DNA from: Okeania sp.
GTDB taxonomy: Bacteria > Cyanobacteriota > Cyanobacteriia > Cyanobacteriales > Microcoleaceae
Assembly: GCF_035285525.1 (NCBI RefSeq)
Contig: NZ_JAYKGW010000033.1
Coordinates: forward strand, 1 to 28,561
DNA length: 28,561 nucleotides
Direction: 5' to 3'
This document shows, piece by piece, positions 1 through 8,757 of the stretch. The notes beneath the pieces are model-generated. The model made no database searches. It saw only the letters and a list, made by a program, of their open reading frames with translations, and was not told the origin of the DNA. Numbering within the stretch: position 1 is the stretch's first letter; each line of letters opens with the position of its first letter. The translations under genes were made by a program, and so were the position numbers.

Positions 1-162
1 TACCAAGTTTTAGATAAATGGTTGAAAGATAGAAAAAAAGTTGACCGAGAATTATGGGATGAAGAAATTCATCACTATCAAAAAATTATTTTTGCTCTGA
101 GAGAAACTAGAAAAATAATGATAGAAATAGATAAAATTATTCCCAGCTTTCCTTTTGGATAG
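1..162 (+). CDS. 3' end (last 53 codons) of a large restriction-modification-type enzyme. The C-terminal domain resembles type ISP / type IIG enzymes. Partial, runs off the window start
   Basis: The frame is open from the window edge: YQVLDKWLKDRKKVDRELWDEEIHHYQKIIFALRETRKIMIEIDKIIPSFPFG, with stop TAG at 160-162. From memory, the YQVLxKWLKDRK...HYxKIxxALxETxxxMxEID tail matches the C-terminal domain of type ISP-like R-M enzymes. This was not verified by search. Confidence 0.5.
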   Translation, partial: YQVLDKWLKDRKKVDRELWDEEIHHYQKIIFALRETRKIMIEIDKIIPSFPFG

Positions 163-1245
163 TCAGATATCTATATATAGTTATGATTTTATCTACCTAG
201 AGATGAGGTGGGAAAATTTACCAAAATTCTCCTTGATTGCCAAAAATCATAATTTATCTATCCCCAACTGATGAATCGGCAAAATCATTTTTGCTCTGGG
301 AGAAACTAGAAAAATAATGATATAAATAGATAAAATTATTCCCAACTTTCCTTTTAGATAGTCAGACAGAAAAATTGAGTATGAAATTTATTTATCTATA
401 TATATAGTTATGATTTTATCTACCTAGAGATGAGGTGGGAAAATTTACTAAAATTCTCCTTGATTGCCAAAAATCATAATTTATCTATCCCCAACTGATG
501 AATCGGCAAAATCATTTTTGCTCTGGGAGAAACTAGAAAAATAATGATAGAAATAGATAAAATTATTCCCAACTTTCCTTTTAGATAGTCAGACAGAAAA
601 ATTGAGTATGAAAATTTATTTATCTATATATATAGTTATAATTTTATCTACCTAGAGATGAGGTGGCAAAATTTACCAAAATTCTCCTTGATTGCCAAAA
701 ATCATAATTTGCTTATCCCCAACTGATGAGTCGGCAAAATCATTTTTGCTTTGAGAGAAACTAGAAAAATAATGATATAAATAGATAAAATTATTCCCAG
801 CTTTCCTTTTGGATAGTCAGATATCTATATATATAGTTATAATTTTATCTACCTAAAGATGAGGTGGCAAAATTTACTAAAATTCTCCTTTATTGCCAAA
901 AATCATAATTTACCTATCCCCAACTGATGAATCGGCAAAATCATTTTTGCTTTGAGAGAAACTAGAAAAATAATGATATAAATAGATGAAATTACTCCCA
1001 ACTTTCCCTTGAGATAGTCAGACAGAAAAATTGAGTATGAAAATTTATTTATCTATATATATAGTGATGATTTTATCTACCTAGAGATGAGGTGGGAAAA
1101 TTTACTAAAATTCTCCTTGATTGCCAAAAATCATAATTTATCTATCCCCCAACTGATGAGTCGGCAAAATCATTTTTGCTCTGGGAGAAACTAGAAAAAT
1201 AATGATAGAAATAGATAAAATTACTCCCAGCTTTCTCTTTCGATA
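85..1245. repeat. Tandem array of about 5.8 units, each 199-201 bp (short) or 227-229 bp (long). Each unit holds a copy of the last ~75-95 nt of the upstream CDS plus its downstream spacer
   Basis: The anchor GCT(C/T)TG recurs at 94, 293, 520, 748, 949 and 1178, giving spacings of 199, 227, 228, 201 and 229. Long units carry an extra ~28 nt (ACAGAAAAATTGAGTATGAAATTTATTTATC). Copies at 293, 748 and 949 have TAA where the gene has GAA (MIEID becomes MI*ID). Confidence 0.9.
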
Positions 1246-1250
1246 GTGAC

Positions 1251-1667
1251 GATCTTCCCTTCACCAGCAATAATCAATTATTCCAAAAATTAACAACTAA
1301 AGGCGAATTATTAGTTAATCTACATTTACTCAAAAATTTACCAGTTTTCCATCCAGAAGAAAAAACAACTATTAATTATCAAAGAAATGGTAAAAATCTA
1401 GTTAAAGAAGTTAGAGATGATTCGACCAACGAAAAAATATGGATTAACAAAAATTGTTATTTTACAGGAGTTAGTCAGAAAGTATGGGAATTTAAAATCG
1501 GTAGCTACCAAGTTTTAGATAGATGGCTAAAAGATAGAAAAAAAGCTGACCGAGAATTATCCGATGCAGAGATTAATCACTATCAGAAAATCATTTTTGC
1601 TCTGAGATAAACTAGAAAAATAATGATAGAAATAGATGAAATTATTCCCAGCCTTCCCCTCAAATAG
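1251..1667 (+). pseudogene. Promoterless, start-less second copy of the last ~138 codons of the same R-M C-terminal domain, with an in-frame TAA
   Basis: Translation reads DLPFTSNNQLFQKLTTKGELLVNLHLLKNLPVFHPEEKTTINYQRNGKNLVKEVRDDSTNEKIWINKNCYFTGVSQKVWEFKIGSYQVLDRWLKDRKKADRELSDAEINHYQKIIFALR*TRKIMIEIDEIIPSLPLK*. The premature TAA is at 1608-1610 and the final TAG at 1665-1667. Positions 1506-1667 are about 88% identical by eye to 1-162. Stops lie immediately upstream at 1244-1249. Confidence 0.8.
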
Positions 1668-1867
1668 TAATTTCATTTACAGCGCTTTCCGTTGTTATGA
1701 AATACACACGCGCAGGCAAGATTCCCGCACTACAAGATTTTCACTATTTACTCTGTACATCGTTTGATCAAAATCTGCTATAGATTTTCTGAATAAATTT
1801 AATACTAAATTTAGTAATATTAGTAAAAATTAAGTATAGAAACTAGGTTTGTATTAGCTTTATTGCC

Positions 1868-2690
1868 ATACTAACCAAAAAATAAAGGAGTAAACTTCAG
1901 TATTATAACCATCCTACTTCAGTCGGAGATGATGACAACTAATATAATAGTAGTATTAGTATAAATAACCTATGAGATTTTCATTCATATTAGATATCCT
2001 ACAATACTAACCAAAAAATATAGAAATAAACTTTAATATTTCCAGTCTTCCTATTCCAGGAGATACTAATAACTTAAAATTGATAACTGAAATAATATCT
2101 ATCTTTGATAAACTCAGTTGATTATTATCTTCCAAAGCAAAAGTATTTGATATAACTTAAAATTTGCTTCAAAAAAAGTCTGGTAAAATGTCATTTGTCA
2201 GCCATTAACTCTCAAGAAAATAGGCAAAAATTAATACCTAAGAATCATTGCCATAATGACTGATAGTGCTTATTATTAACGCGGTAGCGATCGCCAACTT
2301 TTAAATCCTTATTTTTAGGGTGTGAAGCTTAACCAGAGCTTAAACTTATTGATCAATAATAAGTGTTGGAAAAAAACAAATATTTACTTGTAGGGGTTTG
2401 GTCTCCAAACCGATATGAACTTGATAGTTACTACTTACAGCTAACTAGAAAATCAGGGTTCAAGCATCTTTTTGAAAGGAAATAAAATCGAAAAATTCGT
2501 ATTTATAACTTTCCTATTGTCGGATATACTGATAACTGATAACTGTTAAATGATAACCCCCAAAAATCACTTTTTAAGCATCTCTTTGAAAGGAAATAAA
2601 ATCGAAAACTTAGTATTTATAACTTCCTTATTCTTAGAGATACTGATAACTGATAATTGTTAACTAGAAAATCAGGGTTTAAGCATCTTA
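1868..2690. repeat. Degenerate direct repeats in a 1.4-kb non-coding tract
   Basis: ACTAACCAAAAAATA...GGAGAT(G/A)CT..ATAAC motifs occur at about 1868-1940 and 2003-2072. An ~87-nt unit AAGCATCT(T/C)TTTGAAAGGAAATAAAATCGAAAA...ATACTGATAACTGATAA(C/T)TGTTAA occurs at 2462-2548 and 2576-2662. CTAGAAAATCAGGGTT(C/T)AAGCATCT occurs at 2445 and 2664. Confidence 0.7.
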
Positions 2691-2843
2691 TTTCCTATCA
2701 ATAAATTAACATATAATTGTATAGCTATTTGCGTTTAATATTTCTGTTTATCATGCTACGAAAATAGCTTTTTTTTTTGGTTCTTGCTGCTTCAAAATGA
2801 TAAAATTGTTAAGGTAGGGAGTAGGAAGTAAACTCACCCCTAA

Positions 2844-2943
2844 TATAAAATCCGGTTAAATACTTATTATATAGTTGGGGAAGTAGGGGTAATTGAAGTG
2901 TAGATAGAATTATGAACATAGACACTTGTAACCGGATTCTATA
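2844..2943. mobile_element. MITE-like element, family E (termini ATA(G/A)AATCCGGTT), inverted relative to the copy at 20728-20843
   Basis: The inverted termini are TATAAAATCCGGTTA ... TAACCGGATTCTATA. The internal sequence (GAAGTGTAGATAGAATTATGAACATAGACACTTGTAACCGG) is the reverse complement of 20733-20780. Confidence 0.75.
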
Positions 2944-3133
2944 TAACTCTTCCCAGGAGTAGAAGTTAGGAAGAATTGTCTCTTAATTTTTCTCTCAAGG
3001 GTGAGGCATTTATTGCTAACTTTTTTTAACTTTTTGACCTAAAAGCTGCTACTCTGTTTCCTGTTCCCTTATTTTTCAGCAAACCCTAATTATTAATTGT
3101 TAATTATTAATTATTAACTATTAAAATAAGCAC

Positions 3134-4090
3134 TTAATATACTAAACAACACTGATTTCTTCCTTGTTGTTTTGCTTGATAAACTCCTTGATCTGCCCTT
3201 AGTATCATATCATCTATGCTCTGATCATTAACAGAATATGTAGTCACCCCGATACTAACAGTTAACTGAAGATTCCCTGGGTCAGTTTTAATAACGCGAT
3301 TAGCTACAGTTTTTCTAATTCGCTCTGCCAATATCAGTGCTTGTTCTCCATGAGTTTCAGGTAAAATAGCTATAAATTCTTCTCCACCATATCGACCTAA
3401 AAAATCCACTTTGCGAATGGTATTTTGAATAGTTTTAACTACTGTACACAAAGCTTTATCTCCCACTTGATGACCGTAATTATCATTAACTTTTTTGAAG
3501 TTATCTAAATCCATTAATAAAATAGAAAAAGGGGGACCATATCTACGAACACGATTAAATTCTTGATGAGCAGCATTAAATAAACTACGACGATTTAAGA
3601 CTCCTGTAAGTGGGTCAGTATTTGCAAGTTTTTGAACTTCTGCTAAAGCATCTTCCAACTCTATTTGTGTAGATTTTAATTCATCTATTGTATGTTTTAG
3701 AAGTAGATGATGACGAATTCTCGCAAACAGTTCGGCTGTTTTAAATGGTTTATCAATATAATCAACGGCTCCTAATTCAAAAGCATTGACTATGTGTTCC
3801 TGTTCATTACTAGCAGTGAGAAAAATAATGGGAATATCAGCATATTTTGGTTTGCTTTTTAGCAGCTTACAAACTTCTAATCCATCAATATCAGGCATCA
3901 TTAAATCTAGCAAAATTAAATCCGGTTTTGTACCTTTAATAATTTCTATAGCCTGATGACCTCCCTGGGCAAAAGTTAGATTATAACCTACAGGTTCTAA
4001 GATTAATCTTAACAACTTCAGATTAGTAGAAATATCATCGACTATCAGGATATCAAAATTTTCAGGTTGAAATGTTTCTGTTTTCAGCAT
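3134..4090 (-). CDS. Response regulator (REC) fused to a GGDEF diguanylate cyclase, PleD/WspR-like
   Basis: REC motifs are present: ILIVDD, the phospho-acceptor context LILLDLMMPDIDG, and IDKPF. A coiled linker follows, then a GGDEF domain with an intact GGEEF active site. An RxxD I-site (RKVD) lies 5 residues upstream of it. Confidence 0.9.
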   Translation of the reverse strand: MLKTETFQPENFDILIVDDISTNLKLLRLILEPVGYNLTFAQGGHQAIEIIKGTKPDLILLDLMMPDIDGLEVCKLLKSKPKYADIPIIFLTASNEQEHIVNAFELGAVDYIDKPFKTAELFARIRHHLLLKHTIDELKSTQIELEDALAEVQKLANTDPLTGVLNRRSLFNAAHQEFNRVRRYGPPFSILLMDLDNFKKVNDNYGHQVGDKALCTVVKTIQNTIRKVDFLGRYGGEEFIAILPETHGEQALILAERIRKTVANRVIKTDPGNLQLTVSIGVTTYSVNDQSIDDMILRADQGVYQAKQQGRNQCCLVY

Positions 4091-4105
4091 ACTCTTAACA
4101 ATTAG

Positions 4106-4222
4106 AGATAAATGAATAATGAATAATTACCTCTCTCTTTTAGCCATGCTTTATCAACATCTTTTTTAAAGAAGAGGCTTTTAACTTGAATTATTTAATT
4201 ATTAATTATTAATTATTCGGTA
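4106..4222. mobile_element. MITE-like element, family C (AT-rich heptamer arms of AATTATT type around a GAGGCTT..AA core)
   Basis: It shares the ...AAGAGGCTTTTAACTTGAATTATTTAATTATTAATTATTAATTATTCGGTAAA architecture with 9789-9925, 24058-24212 and 26455-26650. Boundaries are approximate. Confidence 0.45.
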
Positions 4223-4661
4223 AAAACAATTGAAAAATTGAGAGAGAATAAATACTGCTTAAAGTAAGCCCGTTTGACCTCAAAAGGAATTATTCTATTT
4301 GCTGTTAACTAAGTTTCTCCATATAAAGGCTAGCTGATTGGTAAGAGCGGAGTGCTGACAATGGAGGAGCCTGTTTTAGCATTTTTTTCACATTTTTTCA
4401 AATATATATAACACTTAATATAGCCATCCTATTTTATTCATTTAAAAAATATTGTCACTTTTTGGTAATTAGAGAATAGGTAACAGATAATGTGCAAGAA
4501 TTTTAAAGATAATTAATAATCACTTCAGTTATTAATATCTCTTACTAAAATAAGAAGTATTAATAACTGAATTTTCTTTTTTTATCCCCTTCTTTCATAG
4601 CAGAAAGCTTGAGACATTTTTATTAGTCATTTTTGTTTAAAATGTTAGATCGAATTTTATC

Positions 4662-4800
4662 TATAGCAATCCGTGCGGAGGTTGCGGGTAATCAAAAAGT
4701 AAATAAAAAAAATAGAAACTCCTCCCTGTTCCCAGTTAAGTGTTCCCTTTTCCTTAAAAGCGGTAAGATTTTTATACACAAATAAAATAAGATTGCTATA
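4662..4800. mobile_element. MITE-like element, family A (termini TATAGCAATC / GATTGCTATA)
   Basis: The terminal inverted repeats are TATAGCAATCC ... GATTGCTATA. The interior (..TTATTTACTTTTTGATT.., ATTTGTGTATAAAAATCT..) matches 10099-10254 and 12695-12836 in reverse orientation. Confidence 0.7.
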
Positions 4801-4842
4801 TTTGTAGTAAAGATTTGAATTTACTACAAGGATTGATTTTAA

Positions 4843-5550
4843 ATGGTTGTCAATCCAGTATATTTGAAGTATAATTGTAATATAAAAAAGGCGCTCATCC
4901 GATCAGCTTTTTCAGAGAGCGCCTGGAACAAAAAGCTAAATCACAAGGGGGATTATATCATGGTTAATTGCATTGGTATTAAATCCACTCATTTTTTCGG
5001 CAAAAATCATGAAAAAATTCAGCCATTATTACCATTAGAAATTAAAATTGAAAGTGTTACAGTTGTTGGGGTTAATCAAGTTCCCCAAATAGTGTATAGA
5101 ACTTCAAAAGGAAAGTGTAGCACTTTTTTATCTAAAGCAAAATTGATAAATTGCTTACTCTGCTTTCTGCAAATTAAGCATCCTAATTTTAGCAAAGTTA
5201 TGAGTTATAGTTTTCAGATTTCTGGGATTAATATAGATACAGAAAATGGCAATTTTTTTATTGCTAATTCTGAAATAAACGCTTTTCTGGAAAGATATAA
5301 TCGAGCTACTTTAGAAAAGTTAGAAGTTAAGTTAACTGCTGTTAGTTCTCTGGTAATAAATCGAATTAAAGGAACTGTAGCTGAAGTGAATAATATTGGT
5401 TGTAGTTGTGCTGATATGGTTTACCGTCACACAATTTGTAAACATCAAATTGCTACTCATTTGTATTTACAGTTAAATGGATGGGATTCTTTTGCAGAGT
5501 ATTTACAACAAAATACAGGGAAAAAGTGGGAGGAAAAATTTAGAATTTAA
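4843..5550 (+). CDS. SWIM zinc-finger domain protein of unknown function. The true start is probably ATG 4960
   Basis: The C-terminal CSCADMVYRHTICKH fits the SWIM CxC-x10-CxH signature. A strong SD-like AAGGGGGA lies 8 nt before ATG 4960, whereas ATG 4843 sits just after a MITE end. Confidence 0.6.
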   Translation: MVVNPVYLKYNCNIKKALIRSAFSESAWNKKLNHKGDYIMVNCIGIKSTHFFGKNHEKIQPLLPLEIKIESVTVVGVNQVPQIVYRTSKGKCSTFLSKAKLINCLLCFLQIKHPNFSKVMSYSFQISGINIDTENGNFFIANSEINAFLERYNRATLEKLEVKLTAVSSLVINRIKGTVAEVNNIGCSCADMVYRHTICKHQIATHLYLQLNGWDSFAEYLQQNTGKKWEEKFRI

Positions 5551-5743
5551 GAAGGAAGAGGGAAGAAGGAAGAAGGAAGAATGGTTGAGAAAAACCTCAA
5601 AACGGGGGCGGGTTGAGTACAGTTGAAGAAAGAAAGAAGAGGGAAAAAGGAAGAAGGAAGAATGGTTGAGAAAAACCTCAAAACGGGGGCGGGTTTAGTA
5701 TAGTTGACTGCTTTTTAACTGAGTTAACTCAAAAACCCGCCCC
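5551..5743. repeat. Composite repeat in a convergent gene gap: a (GAAGGAA)n heptamer run, two ~81-nt direct copies and a long GC-rich hairpin (family F)
   Basis: The GAAGGAA run at 5551-5581 starts right after the SWIM stop codon. ATGGTTGAGAAAAACCTCAAAACGGGGGCGGGTT occurs at 5581 and 5662. The hairpin GGGGCGGGTTT (5686-5696) / AAACCCGCCCC (5733-5743) has an inner TTAAC/GTTAA stem. It may also act as a bidirectional terminator. Confidence 0.75.
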
Positions 5744-5758
5744 TACTTTTTGTAGGAC

Positions 5759-7066
5759 TTAGGGGAAAAGAATATCATTTCTCCGACTATCTCCCAAACC
5801 CAAGCGATCGCCATGTATCTGAGGAAGAATAGCTCTAGGTGGTTTAGTTTCCCCCCATCTTTTTACTAATTTCTGTAAAAATTTATCTTGCTCCACTCGT
5901 GTTTCGTCCCAATAAGGACTCCGGTTAACCATCGTAAACCAAACTAAACCCTGTTCCTGGGTTGGAAAAACTCCCGCCAAAGCAATAACATCATTCAAAG
6001 TACCAGTCTTAACCATCGCTCCCTTCGGAATATTCCGTGACTGCTTTACCAAAGTTCCCGTATCATAGCCAGATACTGGAAACAAGTCAGCAATAACCCA
6101 TCCAGAATTTTGCAGACCTCGTTGAATAGCTACCAACATTGCAGTTACCGCTCTTGGGGAAATCTGATTTTCTACTCCTAAACCAGAACCATTAATTAAT
6201 TTTATTTCCCTTTCTGGAACTCCAGCACTCCAAGCTGCTTTTTTAGCGACAAGTTTTGCTCCTCCCAAATTTTTTGCTAATCTCTGAGCTAAGTCATTCT
6301 TACTTTCCACATTCATGGTTTTGAGAATATATATCAGCGGTAATGATTTGTGTCTAATAATTGGAGTTTTCTTGGATACAGATTTTTGGGATATCACAGA
6401 ACCACCTATTACTACTTTCGGCATCCCTGTTCCTGGTGGCATTTGGTTATAAATACTTCTGACATTTCTAGACCAAGTTGCTGAATTTATACTTTCTTGC
6501 AAAAACTGACCAGCTACTATAGGGTCATACCTATTATTTATCCCAAAATCCCCTACTATAACTAAATTACCTGTCACCTGATTAATACCTAATTTTTGTA
6601 TGGCGTTACCCAAGGCGATCGCTTCTTCCCAGAGAAAATAAGGGTCACTACCACCATTAACAATTAAATCTCCTCGTAAAACACCGTTGGAAATTTGACC
6701 TGTGGTACTAATTAAGGTTTCAAATTGATGTTGAGGTCCCCAAGTTTCTAGTGCAGCTAAGGATGTAGCGATTTTTGTTAAAGAAGCACTGGGAATGGGA
6801 GTTGTACCTTTGTGATTATGTAGAGGTCTGAGCTCTGACTGTATCCAGATACCTTGAGTATCGGCAGTTAGTAATCCTTTTCTTTTTAGACTTTCTAAGT
6901 ATTCATCTATTTCTAGGGTTAATGTTTGATCTGAATTTTTCGGCGAAATTAATTCGGGTACACCTGCTTGCCATTTAAGGATAGCTACAGTATCCTGCCC
7001 AATATTTTGTATTCCTGCCATTTCGAGCCACAAATTTATGACTCCGTAGCTAAATAATTCCCACAT
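5759..7066 (-). CDS. dacB: D-alanyl-D-alanine carboxypeptidase/endopeptidase, PBP4 (peptidase S13) family
   Basis: It has the SxxK active-site motif (SASLTK), a KTG box (VKTGTL), and a length and layout typical of PBP4. The start may be the internal MAGIQ. Confidence 0.8.
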   Translation of the reverse strand: MWELFSYGVINLWLEMAGIQNIGQDTVAILKWQAGVPELISPKNSDQTLTLEIDEYLESLKRKGLLTADTQGIWIQSELRPLHNHKGTTPIPSASLTKIATSLAALETWGPQHQFETLISTTGQISNGVLRGDLIVNGGSDPYFLWEEAIALGNAIQKLGINQVTGNLVIVGDFGINNRYDPIVAGQFLQESINSATWSRNVRSIYNQMPPGTGMPKVVIGGSVISQKSVSKKTPIIRHKSLPLIYILKTMNVESKNDLAQRLAKNLGGAKLVAKKAAWSAGVPEREIKLINGSGLGVENQISPRAVTAMLVAIQRGLQNSGWVIADLFPVSGYDTGTLVKQSRNIPKGAMVKTGTLNDVIALAGVFPTQEQGLVWFTMVNRSPYWDETRVEQDKFLQKLVKRWGETKPPRAILPQIHGDRLGLGDSRRNDILFP

Positions 7067-7158
7067 ATATCAATTTGATGTTTCTCAAATTTTTTCATCA
7101 CAGCGAATTGAAATATAGCACTAGACAATGATTCAAAAGCTAATTTAATTATGTTATT

Positions 7159-7502
7159 GGAAATAGAAAATTTATTCATTACTATTGCGCAATAGTTAAA
7201 TCTCTAACTTTAGTAAACTCGTAGTAGGTAATTTAATTGTGATTTTGAAAATAGTTAAATCTCTAACTTTAGTAAACTCGTAGTAGGTAATTTAATTGTG
7301 ATTTTGGAAATAGAAAATTTATTCATTACTATTGCGGAATAGTTAAATCTCTAACTTCGGCAAATTCATAGTAAGTAATTTAATTGTGATTTTGGAAATA
7401 GTTAAATATCCAACTTCGGCAAATTCATAGTAAGTAATTTAATTGTGATTTTGGAAATAGAAAATTTATTCATTACTATTGCGGAATAGTTAAATCTCCA
7501 AC
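7159..7502. repeat. Higher-order tandem repeat of about 2.3 copies of a ~147-bp unit (A-B-B), where B is itself a 58-nt duplication
   Basis: Module A, GGAAATAGAAAATTTATTCATTACTATTGCG(C/G)A, starts at 7159, 7305 and 7452. Module B, ATAGTTAAATCTCTAACTT..GTAA..TAATTTAATTGTGATTTTG(G)AA, occurs twice after each A. The second pair is a diverged variant (CTTCGGCAAATTCATAGTAAG). Confidence 0.9.
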
Positions 7503-7622
7503 AATAATAATTTAATTTTATATTTAAAAATAAAAATATTATTTTTTGTAATACATTAAAAATTATAAAAAATTGACTAATTATTTGCTAAAATTGCTTA
7601 CCAAATATGCTAATCATGGAAA

Positions 7623-8228
7623 ATGAGCAAAATTTCTATAGGAAAGGCTGCCGAACTACTAGGAGTAGCAGAAAGTACCCTGAGAAGATGGGAACGAGAA
7701 GGCAAAATCCATTCAGAAAGAACCAAAAATGGACATCGCCGATATGATGTTGCCACCCTTCTGGGACTAAAAGCTGGAGAACGTAAAACCATTGGTTATG
7801 CCTGCGTTTCTAATTCTGAGCAAACAGCCAATTTAGACAAACAAATTATGGTATTAGAAGCCTACTGTAATAATCAAGGATGGCTAGTAGAAATTATCCG
7901 AGACTTAGGTTCAGGAATAAATTATCGAAAAAGAGGACTTGTCAGATTAATCAAAATGATCTGCTCAGAAAAAGTAGAGCGTTTAGTATTAACAAATAAA
8001 GACCGTTTACTAAGATTTGGTGCGGAACTAATATTTACCATTTGTGAGATTTTTGGCACAGAAATTGTGATAATTAATCACTGTTCTGAATCCACAGAAG
8101 AAGAAGATTTAGACAGAGATATCTTAGAAATTATCAAAATTTTTACAGCTAGACTATATGGTAGTCGTAGCCATAAAAATCAAAAAATAGTAGAAAAATT
8201 GCAAGAGGCAGTTAATCAAATAAATTGA
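7623..8228 (+). CDS. tnpA: IS607-family serine recombinase/transposase (MerR-like HTH plus resolvase catalytic domain), solo with no tnpB
   Basis: The N-terminal HTH reads IGKAAELLGVAESTLRRWEREGKI..RTKNGHRRY. The resolvase core is GYACVSNSEQ (catalytic Ser63) and KDRLLRFG. The 529 nt downstream contain no ORF. Confidence 0.8.
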   Translation: MSKISIGKAAELLGVAESTLRRWEREGKIHSERTKNGHRRYDVATLLGLKAGERKTIGYACVSNSEQTANLDKQIMVLEAYCNNQGWLVEIIRDLGSGINYRKRGLVRLIKMICSEKVERLVLTNKDRLLRFGAELIFTICEIFGTEIVIINHCSESTEEEDLDRDILEIIKIFTARLYGSRSHKNQKIVEKLQEAVNQIN

Positions 8229-8530
8229 TAAGTAAGCATTTAACAATTAGCTTATAGCTGTCAGCTATTAATTTATGATCTTGAGAATCATAAAATACTT
8301 TTTTGCTTCTATGAATTAGCATAATTTGATTAATTGGTCATCAATAGTAGACAATGAAAATTATATCTCATTACAGCATATTTATGCTAAATTATGTACA
8401 AGATATAAACAGTAAAATTATTGTATGGCAGACATATTGTCCGCGATAATTGTACTTCATAAAAATAGGAACGCTGTATCAATTATTAATTAGTAAATCG
8501 CAATTTTTCCTAAGTAAAAAGTCAATAAAT

Positions 8531-8703
8531 GTAAGCATTCAGGAGTCAGCTATTTATTTGAGTTTGAAATAAAGGCTTGGCTTTCTTGAGGTAAATTGAA
8601 TCTTATTATCAAAGGCGACTTTAAAGGTGATATTCATTTAAAGCTATTTTCATATCTTAGATAGGATTTGGTGACGGCTGATGACTAATAGCTGAATGCT
8701 TAC
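8531..8703. mobile_element. MITE-like element, family D (termini GTAAGCATTCAG / CTGAATGCTTAC)
   Basis: GTAAGCATTCAGGAGTCAGCTATT ... GACGGCTGATGACTAATAGCTGAATGCTTAC form inverted termini. Related ends occur near 8228-8275, 11478-11685, 11905-11985 and 20346-20541. Confidence 0.65.
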
Positions 8704-8757
8704 CAATAGATAATCAATTAACTGATAAAATATTGAAGGTTTCTGTAACTTTGAAAA

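Noticed and set aside
203-271. A 22-codon ORF (MRWENLPKFSLIAKNHNLSIPN) repeated in every unit of the tandem array
   Set aside because: Between copies most substitutions are non-synonymous (E/Q, P/L, L/F, S/L/P), there is no convincing RBS, and the ORF is too short. It is most likely chance.
85-1245. Could the regular array at the window start be a CRISPR locus?
   Set aside because: The units are 199-229 bp and homologous along their whole length. There are no short conserved repeats alternating with unique spacers, and no cas genes are in the window.
1-1667. Diversity-generating retroelement (template/variable repeat pair at a gene C-terminus)
   Set aside because: Differences between copies are not adenine-specific (A>G, G>T, G>A and indels all occur). 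The copies include non-coding spacer, and no reverse transcriptase is present.
4843-4959. The N-terminal 39 codons of the SWIM ORF, and likewise codons 1-19 of the Uma2 ORF at 20310-20366
   Set aside because: These extensions run into MITE sequence and lack ribosome-binding sites, whereas better internal starts exist at ATG 4960 and ATG 20309. They are kept only as alternative starts.
5686-5743. The GC-rich hairpin as a plain Rho-independent terminator
   Set aside because: The 11-bp stem encloses a 36-nt loop and lacks a T-tract on either side. The same stem sequence recurs at 20653-21074, so it is primarily a dispersed repeat. A terminator side-effect remains possible.
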